A DNA stretch of 64,000 nt, from contig JBBQGG010000001.1 of NCBI GenBank assembly GCA_038322815.1, forward strand, positions 18,840-82,839, written 5' to 3'. This document shows positions 1 through 9,677 of the stretch, piece by piece. This stretch comes from Candidatus Kapaibacterium sp. (GTDB taxonomy: Bacteria > Bacteroidota > Ignavibacteria > Palsa-1295). The notes below the pieces were generated by a model. It was given only the letters and a program-made list of their open reading frames with translations. It was not told the DNA's origin and did no database searches. The position numbers were made by a program, and so were the translations under genes. Position 1 is the stretch's first letter, and each line of letters starts with the position of its first letter.

Positions 1-2069
1 GATGATTCCCAAATCGAAGTGTCTCCGGCTAAATGATAATGAAAAATAACAAGCCCCTGACTTGTTACATTCTTCAGTGCATGAAACCTGAAATGTAAAG
101 CAAGTGCACTATCGGGTGCCAGTTGATATGGAAAACCGATGCCATTAATGTTGGAAAAATCCGATGCATTACTATTGGTAAATCCATCGACGGTCAGCGT
201 ATCACAATTCAGGTTATGAAGGTAAATTACTGTATCGACAGTTGTGCATATCGATGTCGGTGCAATATTCACACTTTGATCACCGAAAACAGTAAATGTA
301 CGATAGCATGATCCCGAGAATGATAATAATGTATCGCGCGTCAATCCCTGATGGTAAAAATGAAGTCGCAGTTTTGCAGCGTGCGCACCGATATCTTTTG
401 GAGCAAAGCGAATTAACAGCGACGCTGATTCACCCGGAGCCAGTCCAATAGGAAGTGCAAGTAAACCTAAAGTAGATCGGTCTAATATTTTCCAATCAAT
501 TGAGCTGCCTAATTGCGCTGTATCAAGCCATAACGTATCACAGCTTCCATTACTAAAACTTATCGTCGTGTCCAGGTATCTCTGGCAAATATTCATCGAA
601 TCAAAATTGACCTTTGTGATATTTAAAGAGAAAACCGGCTGATTGGCAAATGATTGCGAGTTTACCGCTAATAACGTATCAAGCAGTATTGTCGAATCAA
701 GCATTGTGCTCCGAATCCTGACATACGTGGTAGAGAACGGTTTTTGGATACCCATTTTTTTGGGGTTCCAAAAAAGAGTAATAAAATCTGCGTCCGTGGG
801 ATTGAGTTTTTGCGGCAACTTAGGAAATCTGGTAAAAGATAACGCTCCGGAAGCAACTGCAGGATCAGTGGAATCAATAAATTCTATTCGCTGAATTATT
901 AATGGATTGCATGATAAATTATTATAATTCAGATTTGCATTTGATGTTGCACATAAAGATGATGAAAGATCAATGTGATCAGGTACGACATTCGGATTAT
1001 GCGGCGGTTCATGAATTTCGCCATCCCCGCCATCTGTTGTTTTCCATACTCCCCCCGATTCATCGAATGCATAGACAACTCCTCCGAGGCAGCCTGTAAC
1101 TGAAAAACGCGTATCACGATAGTTAGAAGGTCCGCCGACATTCTTCCATGTTTTGCCACCATCGGTTGAACGGTTCATTCCGACAAAGCCCATCTGATTC
1201 GGATATTGCCACCTGGTCCAGCTTTGCGTATAGACCACAGGTCCAACGCCGGCGATATGTCCCGTAGTTCTTCCGAATAGTGTCCCTATTGTTTGCCAGG
1301 TAGCGCCATAATCATAGGAGCCATAAGCAAATTCAGTAGGAGATGGATCAATCGAATTCTTCTCACCTGCAACAACAAAATTAGGTGTTCCCTTTTGTGC
1401 ATATACTCCCCACGATTCCGTTGTCATCGGAGCATTGTTAGATTTTTGCCAGCTTATTCCACCATCACTGGTATATACTGCCGTCCCTGAAGGGCTTGCA
1501 AAAGGACTTGCGACTCCATGAATATCGTCAACAAAATTGATACCATTGAATCGGTCAACAGAGGATCGGAGAAAATTCAGTCCACCATTTACCGAACTGG
1601 AAAGTCTGTTAATGGAAAACCTGTCACCCATTACAATTGCCGAGGGAGTTTGATATACGGATGAAACCTGCCCGAACACATTCATAACTTCACGCCAGGT
1701 TACGCCGCCGTCATTAGTGTACCATAGCCCGTGACTTAAATTATCATTCTCAATTCCCGCCCAGCCGTTGAGCGAATCCTTCATGAAAATATCAGTAATG
1801 TAACCAAAATAGATAAACGGAGAGGGTGTTATACAATCTTTCCACGTTTTGCCTCCATCGGAAGTTCTTTTTATTCCATCGAAGCCATCCATTGCTATGA
1901 AACCTCTAAACTCATTGAAAAAGAAGGAGGCATTAACCGTCGTATTAAATTGAGCTACGCGCTTCCACGAACCATGTGCAGGAACAAAAAGGAATGCAAG
2001 CAAAATTATGCTCGCTATGCAAGGACTAATAACCCATAAGGCATTTTTCTTATAGGAACTCCAACTCAT
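1..2069 (-). CDS. BNR (Asp-box) repeat secreted protein, N-terminal ~690 aa (C-terminus lies beyond window start); paralog of 59909..63430
   Basis: Reverse-strand reading from ATG at 2067-2069 gives MSWSSYKKNALWVISPCIASIILLAFLF (signal peptide). Repeated S/TxDGGxTW Asp-box motifs follow (TSDGGKTWKD, TNDGGVTWRE, STDGGKTWKN, TTDGGDGE). The N-terminal 150 aa align closely with the 1173-aa protein at 59909..63430 (FFFNEF.GFI...DG..TW). No stop before coordinate 1. Confidence 0.7.
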   Translation of the reverse strand, partial: MSWSSYKKNALWVISPCIASIILLAFLFVPAHGSWKRVAQFNTTVNASFFFNEFRGFIAMDGFDGIKRTSDGGKTWKDCITPSPFIYFGYITDIFMKDSLNGWAGIENDNLSHGLWYTNDGGVTWREVMNVFGQVSSVYQTPSAIVMGDRFSINRLSSSVNGGLNFLRSSVDRFNGINFVDDIHGVASPFASPSGTAVYTSDGGISWQKSNNAPMTTESWGVYAQKGTPNFVVAGEKNSIDPSPTEFAYGSYDYGATWQTIGTLFGRTTGHIAGVGPVVYTQSWTRWQYPNQMGFVGMNRSTDGGKTWKNVGGPSNYRDTRFSVTGCLGGVVYAFDESGGVWKTTDGGDGEIHEPPHNPNVVPDHIDLSSSLCATSNANLNYNNLSCNPLIIQRIEFIDSTDPAVASGALSFTRFPKLPQKLNPTDADFITLFWNPKKMGIQKPFSTTYVRIRSTMLDSTILLDTLLAVNSQSFANQPVFSLNITKVNFDSMNICQRYLDTTISFSNGSCDTLWLDTAQLGSSIDWKILDRSTLGLLALPIGLAPGESASLLIRFAPKDIGAHAAKLRLHFYHQGLTRDTLLSFSGSCYRTFTVFGDQSVNIAPTSICTTVDTVIYLHNLNCDTLTVDGFTNSNASDFSNINGIGFPYQLAPDSALALHFRFHALKNVTSQGLVIFHYHLAGDTSIWES

Positions 2070-2603
2070 TATAGCTACGGCTTTTACCGTTCTGTATGCA
2101 AACAAAGATGGTAAAATGCGGGGATATTACATACAAATATACGAAAATAATATGGAGATTACATGATTTTTGAAAATATACTGACATCTCAACCATATAA
2201 AACTTCAAGAATAATGGATTGTTACATGTTAAAATATTATAAATGAAAATATTTAATGCGACATAGCTGATCCTTTCGCAATTTTTGGAAATCCCGCAAA
2301 TTCAAGAATATACAAAAATAGCAAATTATATTGGGATAGTGCGAACCAATAAATACAAATATACGAAATTATCTATGGTTTTCCAAATCGTATTTTTACA
2401 GAATCTTAGTCTTTCCCTGTAAGTTATTGTATAGTAAGGAAAAATAATTTAAAATAAATGAGATATATTTATTCCCATAGAGTAGGGTCAGGTGCTCACT
2501 TAAGTGCAAATATGAACGCTCACTATTTCACCTTCACAAAATTCTGAGTAACTGAACCCAGTTTCACATAATACACTCCCTCGGATAAATTCAAGATCGG
2601 AAT

Positions 2604-4355
2604 CTAGAACGAAAAATTATGCGAATAGCTAAGTGTTGCTATGATCTCGGTAAAAGCAGTTGAGTTAACTAATGTGCTTGAATTCTCGGTAGCGTAGATC
2701 GATAATGAAAGCGTACCTTGAGTGGAAACACGGTAACTGGAATTCAGGCTTTCGTTAATAGTATTGGTCGTATAATTCACGGAGGCATTCGTTGCTATAG
2801 AACTTCTTGTAAAACCAAGTGACCCACCCAAAGAAAGCTTATTTTCTAAAAATGACTTCGATCCGTTTACCGTAAGACCTCTTAATCCTGTTTTCGTTGT
2901 GGCTTGCTTTGTATCGGCATAAAGAACTGATGCGCCAATGTTAAGTCCGGTCTTAAGAAACGATAAATTATAATTAAACGAACCTGTCGTCGTCTGCGAA
3001 TTCGCCGATGCCTGAGTAACGGGATTCAGATCGGTATATGCCTGCTGGGATAGTGAAAGAATAAATGAATTAGATGTTTCTGTTGAGATCAATATTACAC
3101 GTGGTGTTACCGAAGCTGATTGGGAAACGTTGCGAACACGGTACTGCCCCGTATCATTGGATAGAAGATGCGTCGTTGCCTGCCCTGTGGAATAATTAGT
3201 ATAATTCAGATCAATACCGAAAACCGGCGCTGGGTTAATACTGATATTTCCGGAGCCGATCACGCGATTTGTTTGTGAGATCTTTGTTTTTAAAATATTA
3301 TCGTGCTGAATGCCAACTGAGCCTGATGCACGGAATTTATTTTGAAACAGATCGAAGCCCGGAGCAATGGTATAATTCTCCACATCAGAAGTATAATAAT
3401 ATGCTCCGAGGGAGTTATAATCAGGTTCAATACGCTCATACGCAATTCGTGTTGTGAAATGCGGCACAGTGAATACGATCGCTGCATTTGCAGCAACCAG
3501 CAGGCTTGTCGAAGATCTTACAGTAACAAGCGATTGCAAACTCTTTGGTATGCTGCTTGAATCGAATACGGGAGAGCGAAGATCACGCGTAAAAAAACTT
3601 GCAGCAACTTCAGATTCAAATGAAAGAGGATCGATGATCTTCACGTGAGTATTGATTCCGAAAACGGTGTTTTCTTCGGGAAAAATATTAAGTGAATCCG
3701 GTCGATGCATTAAAGAAGTCGAGTCGTCGGCAGCGTGCAAATAGATAAAATCAATAAAGCTTGTTTGTGAGCCGAATCCGATCTTCGCTGCCAACCCCAT
3801 ACGCTTATAGGCTGGCTGAACATAGGAATAAGTTTGCGTTGAAGTAGTATCTATTTCTACAGCACGCTGGAATCTGCCGTACATCATTGAAAACCTAAGA
3901 GGCTCGGGATTAATATCTATTCCCGCCCCAAGGAATGTTATTCCTGCCAGCGTATATTTCGAATACGTAAGCGAGTTGTATCCAAGATGGAGGGTTATCC
4001 ATTTATACGTAGGGGAAACACCAAATTGATCGAACGGCTGACGGAAGGAGCTTTCCTGATCTGATAGAATAAAAGTAAAGGGAAATGATATACCGTAGAT
4101 TCCAAGAGTAGGGCTTCCGACGATCGTCCAGGATGTCGGTGGACGTCTCGCTATTGCGCCGGAAACAGAATATTTAGTACCGGAAAGAGTTAATGAGCCA
4201 TCCAAACTGATCGGTTTTTGGTCTTCTACATTACTAAGATCCTGAGAAAGTGTTATTCGCGGAATAGATAAAACCAGTGCGCATAGAATCGGATAAAGAC
4301 TCTTACATGCGAGCTTCCGGATTCGAGAAGAGTTCTTGTTTTGGCTACGATTCAT
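2604..4355 (-). CDS. outer-membrane beta-barrel protein (hypothetical), 583 aa
   Basis: N-terminal signal peptide. Composition rich in S/T/N/G/Y with alternating pattern. C-terminus ends ...SHNFSF (terminal Phe typical of OM barrels). Divergent from the ABC transporter. Confidence 0.55.
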   Translation of the reverse strand: MNRSQNKNSSRIRKLACKSLYPILCALVLSIPRITLSQDLSNVEDQKPISLDGSLTLSGTKYSVSGAIARRPPTSWTIVGSPTLGIYGISFPFTFILSDQESSFRQPFDQFGVSPTYKWITLHLGYNSLTYSKYTLAGITFLGAGIDINPEPLRFSMMYGRFQRAVEIDTTSTQTYSYVQPAYKRMGLAAKIGFGSQTSFIDFIYLHAADDSTSLMHRPDSLNIFPEENTVFGINTHVKIIDPLSFESEVAASFFTRDLRSPVFDSSSIPKSLQSLVTVRSSTSLLVAANAAIVFTVPHFTTRIAYERIEPDYNSLGAYYYTSDVENYTIAPGFDLFQNKFRASGSVGIQHDNILKTKISQTNRVIGSGNISINPAPVFGIDLNYTNYSTGQATTHLLSNDTGQYRVRNVSQSASVTPRVILISTETSNSFILSLSQQAYTDLNPVTQASANSQTTTGSFNYNLSFLKTGLNIGASVLYADTKQATTKTGLRGLTVNGSKSFLENKLSLGGSLGFTRSSIATNASVNYTTNTINESLNSSYRVSTQGTLSLSIYATENSSTLVNSTAFTEIIATLSYSHNFSF

Positions 4356-4524
4356 GAAATAGCGCTCTCCTTTTTTGTTCGAGTTAATAAAACGAGATAT
4401 TCGGTACTACAAAGGTAAGACTTTTTTGGGCGATTATTTTCAACTTCTGAAAATAAATAACTTTCCGCTAATAAGTCGTATTTTTGTTGGCTTTCAATCT
4501 GTAACATATTTATCATATATTCTC

Positions 4525-5430
4525 ATGTCAGTTGTCTCCTTACGCTCTGTTTCCAAAACCTACGGTACATATAAAGCCGTCAATGACGTTTCTATCGAGG
4601 TGCCTGCCGGCTGTATCTTTGGGCTCTTGGGACCGAATGGAGCGGGTAAGACTTCAACCATTCGCATGATAACAGGCATAACGCTTCCAGATAGCGGCCA
4701 AATTTCTCTTTTCGACGAACCTCAGAGACCGGATCATCAGAATATGACAGGCTATATGCCTGAGGAGCGTGGGCTTTACCGTAAACTCACCGTCCGAGAT
4801 CAACTTGAATACCTCGGAGCGCTTAAGGGCTTAGATAAGGCAACGTTGAAAAAGAATATAGACTATTGGCTTGACAGGTTCGAGATACAAAGCTGGGCAA
4901 AGAAAAAAACGAATGAGCTTTCAAAGGGCATGCAGCAAAAATTGCAATTTATCGTCACCGTCTTGCATGACCCCCACCTTCTCGTTCTTGACGAACCGCT
5001 CTCAGGACTTGATCCTATAAATTCCGAGATCATCAATGATATCATCCTCGAAGAGCGCAATAAAGGGAGAAGTATCATGCTCTCAACTCATCGCATGGAA
5101 CAGGTAGAGCAGTTATGCGATGAGATCGCATTAATAAATTTGGGAAAGGTTGTACTCAGCGGAAAACTTCGTGAAGTAAAAGAACGATCAGGAAAAAGAA
5201 TGGTACGGATAGTTTATTCCGCCTCAGATAATTTGTTGAGTAAGCTGGAGCACTTCCCTATCCGCATCACAGAAAGTCATCCCAATGAAATACTTTTTGA
5301 GATGAAAACAGGAGCAGACCCTAAACAGATATTAAGAACAGCGCTCGATTTCGTTGATATAATTAAATGGGAGTTAGTAGAACCGCCGTTAAAAGAAATT
5401 TTCCTTGATGCTGTTGCTGCAACTAATTGA
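4525..5430 (+). CDS. ABC transporter ATP-binding protein (ABC-2 type)
   Basis: Walker A GPNGAGKTST, ABC signature LSKGMQQKL, Walker B LLVLDEP. The in-frame ATG at 4525 (MSVVSLRSVSKTYG...) is a more plausible start than the ORF-track 4375. Confidence 0.85.
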   Translation: MSVVSLRSVSKTYGTYKAVNDVSIEVPAGCIFGLLGPNGAGKTSTIRMITGITLPDSGQISLFDEPQRPDHQNMTGYMPEERGLYRKLTVRDQLEYLGALKGLDKATLKKNIDYWLDRFEIQSWAKKKTNELSKGMQQKLQFIVTVLHDPHLLVLDEPLSGLDPINSEIINDIILEERNKGRSIMLSTHRMEQVEQLCDEIALINLGKVVLSGKLREVKERSGKRMVRIVYSASDNLLSKLEHFPIRITESHPNEILFEMKTGADPKQILRTALDFVDIIKWELVEPPLKEIFLDAVAATN

Positions 5431-5442
5431 TTCTATAAACTT

Positions 5443-6744
5443 ATGAATAAAATGTTTATCGTGCTCAAGCACGAATTCCGTCAGAAGATACGCTCGAAAG
5501 CATTTATCATACTGACTTTTATTGCTCCGCTTTTGATGGCTGCTCTTATCGCAGTACCAGTCTTTATTTCATTAATGAACGAGGGAATTGATAAACGGAT
5601 CGTAATTATTGATGGTACAGGTAAACTTGGTAAATATTTTTCTGCCGATACCGGCAAACGTACAATATTACAGTCACCCGGCACTACGAAATCAACAAAT
5701 CAATCTTTTGGTCCATCGCTACACCTTGTTATTATCACAACTGCAACGACGAACACATCAGATTCTCTGAAAGAGCTGCTTCTTAAAAAGAAGATTTCAG
5801 GGTTTTTGGAAATACCTTCAACTGCAATAACCGATTCTGCCGGTATTGCAACACTTCGGGTGACAAATGCGAATGATTTTACTGTGGAAGAATTTCTTTC
5901 AAGTCATTATAAAGAGGCGTTATTTGCCGAACGGCTTAAGACATTCGGCATTGATCCTGATTTCGTAAAACATGCGCGTCAAGGCACGGAGATATCCACA
6001 TTAAAAGTAAGCGAAGAAAAAGAAACAAAAGATAATGGCGTCGGATTTATCGCAGGATATATTACCGGTATGTTCCTCTATATTTCGATGATCCTCTATG
6101 GCACACTGATCATGCAAAGCGTGATCGAAGAAAAAAGCTCGCGTGTTATCGAACTTCTTTCATCAAGCGTTAAGCCGATCGATATACTAATTGGCAAAGT
6201 GTTAGGAGTCGGACTTGCAGGATTAGTACAGGTATCAGTATGGGCAGCCATGTTTGCAGCCGTTAGCTTTTTTGCACTTCCTGCTGTACTATCCTCTCTT
6301 GGCTCAAGCGCCGGAAGTATCATTTCCCCATCGTCATTTATCTACTTCGTATTCTACTTCATCTTTGGATATTTAATGTATGCCACGCTTTACGCGGGTG
6401 CCGGTGCAACGGTTGAGCAGGCAAGCGATGCTCAGCAGGTTTCCATGCCGATCACATTGCTGATCATTCTTCCTATCGTCATGATGACAAGCGTAATACA
6501 ATCGCCTTCGAGCACTTCAAGTGTTATTCTTTCGCTTATACCCTTTTTCTCGCCAATACTCATGCTTGGCAGAATATTCAGTGAGACACCACCCTTCTGG
6601 CAGATAGCATTATCCTTCGTTCTTATGGGAGCAACATTTTTCGGAGTTCTCTGGCTATCAGGAAAAATTTATCGTACCGGAATTCTGATGTATGGCAAGA
6701 AATACACATTGCGGGAAATATTTAAGTGGCTGAAGTATTCGTAA
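5443..6744 (+). CDS. ABC-2 family transporter permease
   Basis: One N-terminal TM, ~170-aa extracytoplasmic loop, then 5 hydrophobic spans. 12-nt gap after the ATPase gene. Confidence 0.8.
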   Translation: MNKMFIVLKHEFRQKIRSKAFIILTFIAPLLMAALIAVPVFISLMNEGIDKRIVIIDGTGKLGKYFSADTGKRTILQSPGTTKSTNQSFGPSLHLVIITTATTNTSDSLKELLLKKKISGFLEIPSTAITDSAGIATLRVTNANDFTVEEFLSSHYKEALFAERLKTFGIDPDFVKHARQGTEISTLKVSEEKETKDNGVGFIAGYITGMFLYISMILYGTLIMQSVIEEKSSRVIELLSSSVKPIDILIGKVLGVGLAGLVQVSVWAAMFAAVSFFALPAVLSSLGSSAGSIISPSSFIYFVFYFIFGYLMYATLYAGAGATVEQASDAQQVSMPITLLIILPIVMMTSVIQSPSSTSSVILSLIPFFSPILMLGRIFSETPPFWQIALSFVLMGATFFGVLWLSGKIYRTGILMYGKKYTLREIFKWLKYS

Positions 6745-6745
6745 A

Positions 6746-7627
6746 CTACTTCTTTACTACTTTCGTGATAATGTTCAAACGTTTATCAAAGAGAGTATTT
6801 GCACACGAATCAATAAAGTGCCAAAGTGCGAATGGCAGGTAACGCAAAATTGTATACGTTCTTGCAAAGACTAAGAGTTTATTATTAAATGCTTTCCATT
6901 CGAAAGATCTTACAGATACAGGATCATATAAATTGTGCAGTTTGTTTTCATCGAAAGAATGAAGATGGCTATTGAGCGGAGTTTTTTTATTACAATGAAT
7001 ACAGAGTGCATAACGAATAACTTCTTGGTATGGAGTGGAAATTACTAAGGCTCCTCCGGCAGAAACAACTCTCAGCAACTCCTTAACAAAAGCGGCAGGA
7101 TCAACGACATGCTCAATTATTTCAGCAGCCACCACACACTCGAATGATCCGTCTGCAAAAGGTAATTTATAAGCATCGGCTACAACAGCAGCATGATATC
7201 CGGATGGATACGTTTGAAGAGCTTTTGAAGTATTGACGATAGTGGCATCAAGCGAACATATAAAAACTTCTTTGCCCATATATTCTTTTGCAAGCCAAGC
7301 CGAACCGCAGCCTACATCAAGAATAGATTTCGCTTCTTTAGATATTTGTAAGATAGTATATTCTCTAATCCGCCTCTCGCTATGCTCAGTTGCGCCTGTA
7401 TGTTCTTCAAAATAATCAAATTCTTCAGCGTCTTTTTTATAATGTGCAAGATAATCGAAGTCTCTTTTTTCAGTCTGTTCACTTTTAATCATCATGATAG
7501 GTATTCCATCTACAACGGAATATGAACATGTCGGGCAATGCAATTTATTATTGGATTCGTCAACTTGCAGCCTTGATTTACAAGCTGGGCAAACTAACCT
7601 TTCAAAAAGCATCGGATTAAGAGTCAT
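6746..7627 (-). CDS. class I SAM-dependent methyltransferase with N-terminal Trm112-like zinc ribbon and C-terminal CxxC element
   Basis: LVCPACKSRL...HCPTCS (Trm112/UPF0434-like ribbon). LDVGCGSAW glycine-rich SAM motif and VVAAEIIEHV motif (Methyltransf_11-like). C-terminal CIHCNKK. Confidence 0.75.
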   Translation of the reverse strand: MTLNPMLFERLVCPACKSRLQVDESNNKLHCPTCSYSVVDGIPIMMIKSEQTEKRDFDYLAHYKKDAEEFDYFEEHTGATEHSERRIREYTILQISKEAKSILDVGCGSAWLAKEYMGKEVFICSLDATIVNTSKALQTYPSGYHAAVVADAYKLPFADGSFECVVAAEIIEHVVDPAAFVKELLRVVSAGGALVISTPYQEVIRYALCIHCNKKTPLNSHLHSFDENKLHNLYDPVSVRSFEWKAFNNKLLVFARTYTILRYLPFALWHFIDSCANTLFDKRLNIITKVVKK

Positions 7628-7649
7628 GAGAATACTGCAATTATGTTTG

Positions 7650-9677
7650 TTAAAATCTTATGCGTATTTCATTTGAAACAGCACTTTCCGATTTTTCAGA
7701 ATTTTCGGAGGATATTGAATACCAATAGATATTTCCTTTTTTTGCAGTGACATCAAGATATGTTGTTGATTCCGACTTAATCGAAGAAATCAATTGAGGT
7801 TCGGAATTACTTTCATGGCGGTAGATCTTAAATGCTGAAATTTCTGCACCAACAGATTCACCCCAAGAAAGAGAGATTCCTTCGGGAAGGGTTTCTGCAT
7901 TGAGTCCGACAGGGGCCGCAGGACGTGGTTTTTCCTGTTTCCGAATTCTTGCAGACGCACCAATGCTATTATCGCTCATGCCTCCGTAACCATCAACAGT
8001 ACGAACATAGTACTCGTATGTCTTTTCAGGCGCAATTGAAGAATCGATAAAATTATTATTTATCGTGGACAGTTCTTTACCACCTATCTGTTTAAATTCT
8101 CCTTCACCCTCTTCTCGGCGATAGAGGCGATAGCCGATAACCGATGGATCTGCAATACGTATTTCATCCCAAAACAGTTTTATTATATTTCCGGAATTTA
8201 TTGCAGTAAAATTGATAGGTGTATTGGGTGTAGTAATTCCTTGAGGCTGCACTCGCGCTGTATCAGATAGCATACCTTCAACATCGCTCGTACTAAGTGA
8301 TTGGACACAATATGAATATATCTGCTTTGGCAGAAGCGATCTATCTGAATCAATGTATGAACCGATGCTATCAGAAAATGGAATAAGTTCTCCAAGACGG
8401 ACGAGTCTTGCACCATGAATTCCCTCCCCACGATAGAGATAAAACCCTCTAAGATTGTGGCCAGTTGAATGCCACAAGAGATGAACCCCGTCTATTTGCG
8501 CTGAAGCTGAAAGTGCAAATGGAGCAAGCGGCTTATGGTCAGACTTTGTTATTGCAAAAACTTTTGCTGTAGGCGGTGATTCTTCACCTGTTGTAGTCAG
8601 CACTGTAAGATAATAATAGTATGTTTTATCAGGAATAATTTCGTTATCAATGTAAGTTAATTCTTTTGAAGAGCGCTCGGCAATTCGCTTATACTTCCCC
8701 GCAATATCTTCGCTGCGATAAACACGTAACCCAATCACTTGTTTAGTATCTTCAAATTTCCACGAAAGCTTTACAGATGTTTTTGCAGGAACAACTTCAG
8801 ATCGTATATGATCCGGAAGCTTTATCTGGTGAGCATTTACAGTTTGAATAGAAATTGTATCCGATGACGGTCCCGGGTTACCATAAAAATCTATTGGCTG
8901 CAAAAAATAGGCGTAATGAACATTCGCTTTAACTGTCTTATCGACAACGGAATAAAAGAAAGTATCTTTTACTAAGATAAAATCTGCCGTCAACGAAGAC
9001 ACCACAAAATTTCCAAAACCGGATTTACGATAGACGTTGAGAACCGTCGGTAGTTTATTGTCACTTTTATGCCATAGAAGATGAATATTATTCGTGTCGG
9101 AATGGCTTCGTACTGCTCTGTATATTTCTCCGGGCGCATTATTCGCTTGGAATATGATGCGTTGCGTTCGTGAATCTTTAGCGGATGGACTTGAACTTAA
9201 AACGGTTACCCGGTATTCATAAGTCACTCCCAACATGACATCGCGATCAAGGTACGTTGTCCCCACGGCAATCCTAACGGCAAGCATTGATCCATGAGTC
9301 GGAAGAGAATCTAATTCGTGATATCTCTGTAGTTGCGTCCAAATTTTTTCCAAGGAGATATTAGCCAGAGGAGTTGTATATGGGACGTCTTGCAATGCAG
9401 AGGCAAATGCTCTTTCCAAATCCCCGCGAGATTCAGGGGAGCTTATTTCTGCAATAACCTTCCATTCACTTTCGCTACCTTGTTTTCTTTCGATACGATA
9501 TCCGGTTACCCCCCTACTCGGTGTAGAGGAATTTCCAAGCGCCGTTCCAGTAAATATATATACTCCGAGTGGCCCGGTGACCACTAAATCCGGCTGGGTT
9601 TGGGAATAATTTTTTTCGGCAGTCAATAATACTGCGCAACAAAAAAGCAATTCCAAAAAATAAAGATTTCTTTTCAT
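7650..9677 (-). CDS. secreted protein with ~5 fibronectin type III-like repeats
   Basis: Signal peptide. Recurring modules (GYRIERKQGSESEWKVIAEI; LRVYRSEDIAGKYKRIAER; GFYLYRGEGIHGARLV; GYRLYRREEGEGEFKQIGG; AFKIYRHESNSEPQLISS). Start overlaps the stop of the upstream giant gene (TAATG). Confidence 0.6.
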   Translation of the reverse strand: MKRNLYFLELLFCCAVLLTAEKNYSQTQPDLVVTGPLGVYIFTGTALGNSSTPSRGVTGYRIERKQGSESEWKVIAEISSPESRGDLERAFASALQDVPYTTPLANISLEKIWTQLQRYHELDSLPTHGSMLAVRIAVGTTYLDRDVMLGVTYEYRVTVLSSSPSAKDSRTQRIIFQANNAPGEIYRAVRSHSDTNNIHLLWHKSDNKLPTVLNVYRKSGFGNFVVSSLTADFILVKDTFFYSVVDKTVKANVHYAYFLQPIDFYGNPGPSSDTISIQTVNAHQIKLPDHIRSEVVPAKTSVKLSWKFEDTKQVIGLRVYRSEDIAGKYKRIAERSSKELTYIDNEIIPDKTYYYYLTVLTTTGEESPPTAKVFAITKSDHKPLAPFALSASAQIDGVHLLWHSTGHNLRGFYLYRGEGIHGARLVRLGELIPFSDSIGSYIDSDRSLLPKQIYSYCVQSLSTSDVEGMLSDTARVQPQGITTPNTPINFTAINSGNIIKLFWDEIRIADPSVIGYRLYRREEGEGEFKQIGGKELSTINNNFIDSSIAPEKTYEYYVRTVDGYGGMSDNSIGASARIRKQEKPRPAAPVGLNAETLPEGISLSWGESVGAEISAFKIYRHESNSEPQLISSIKSESTTYLDVTAKKGNIYWYSISSENSEKSESAVSNEIRIRF

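Noticed and set aside
3269-3648. Multiple short ORFs inside and antisense to the 2604..4355 OMP gene (and similar short ORFs inside the other long genes)
   Set aside because: They are fully embedded in long, well-supported reading frames on the opposite strand or in alternate frames, and are treated as shadow ORFs.
4375-4524. Upstream 50 codons of the ABC ATPase ORF
   Set aside because: The extension has no ABC-family homology (MFELIKRDIRYYKG...). The conserved ATPase N-terminus begins at the in-frame ATG at 4525.
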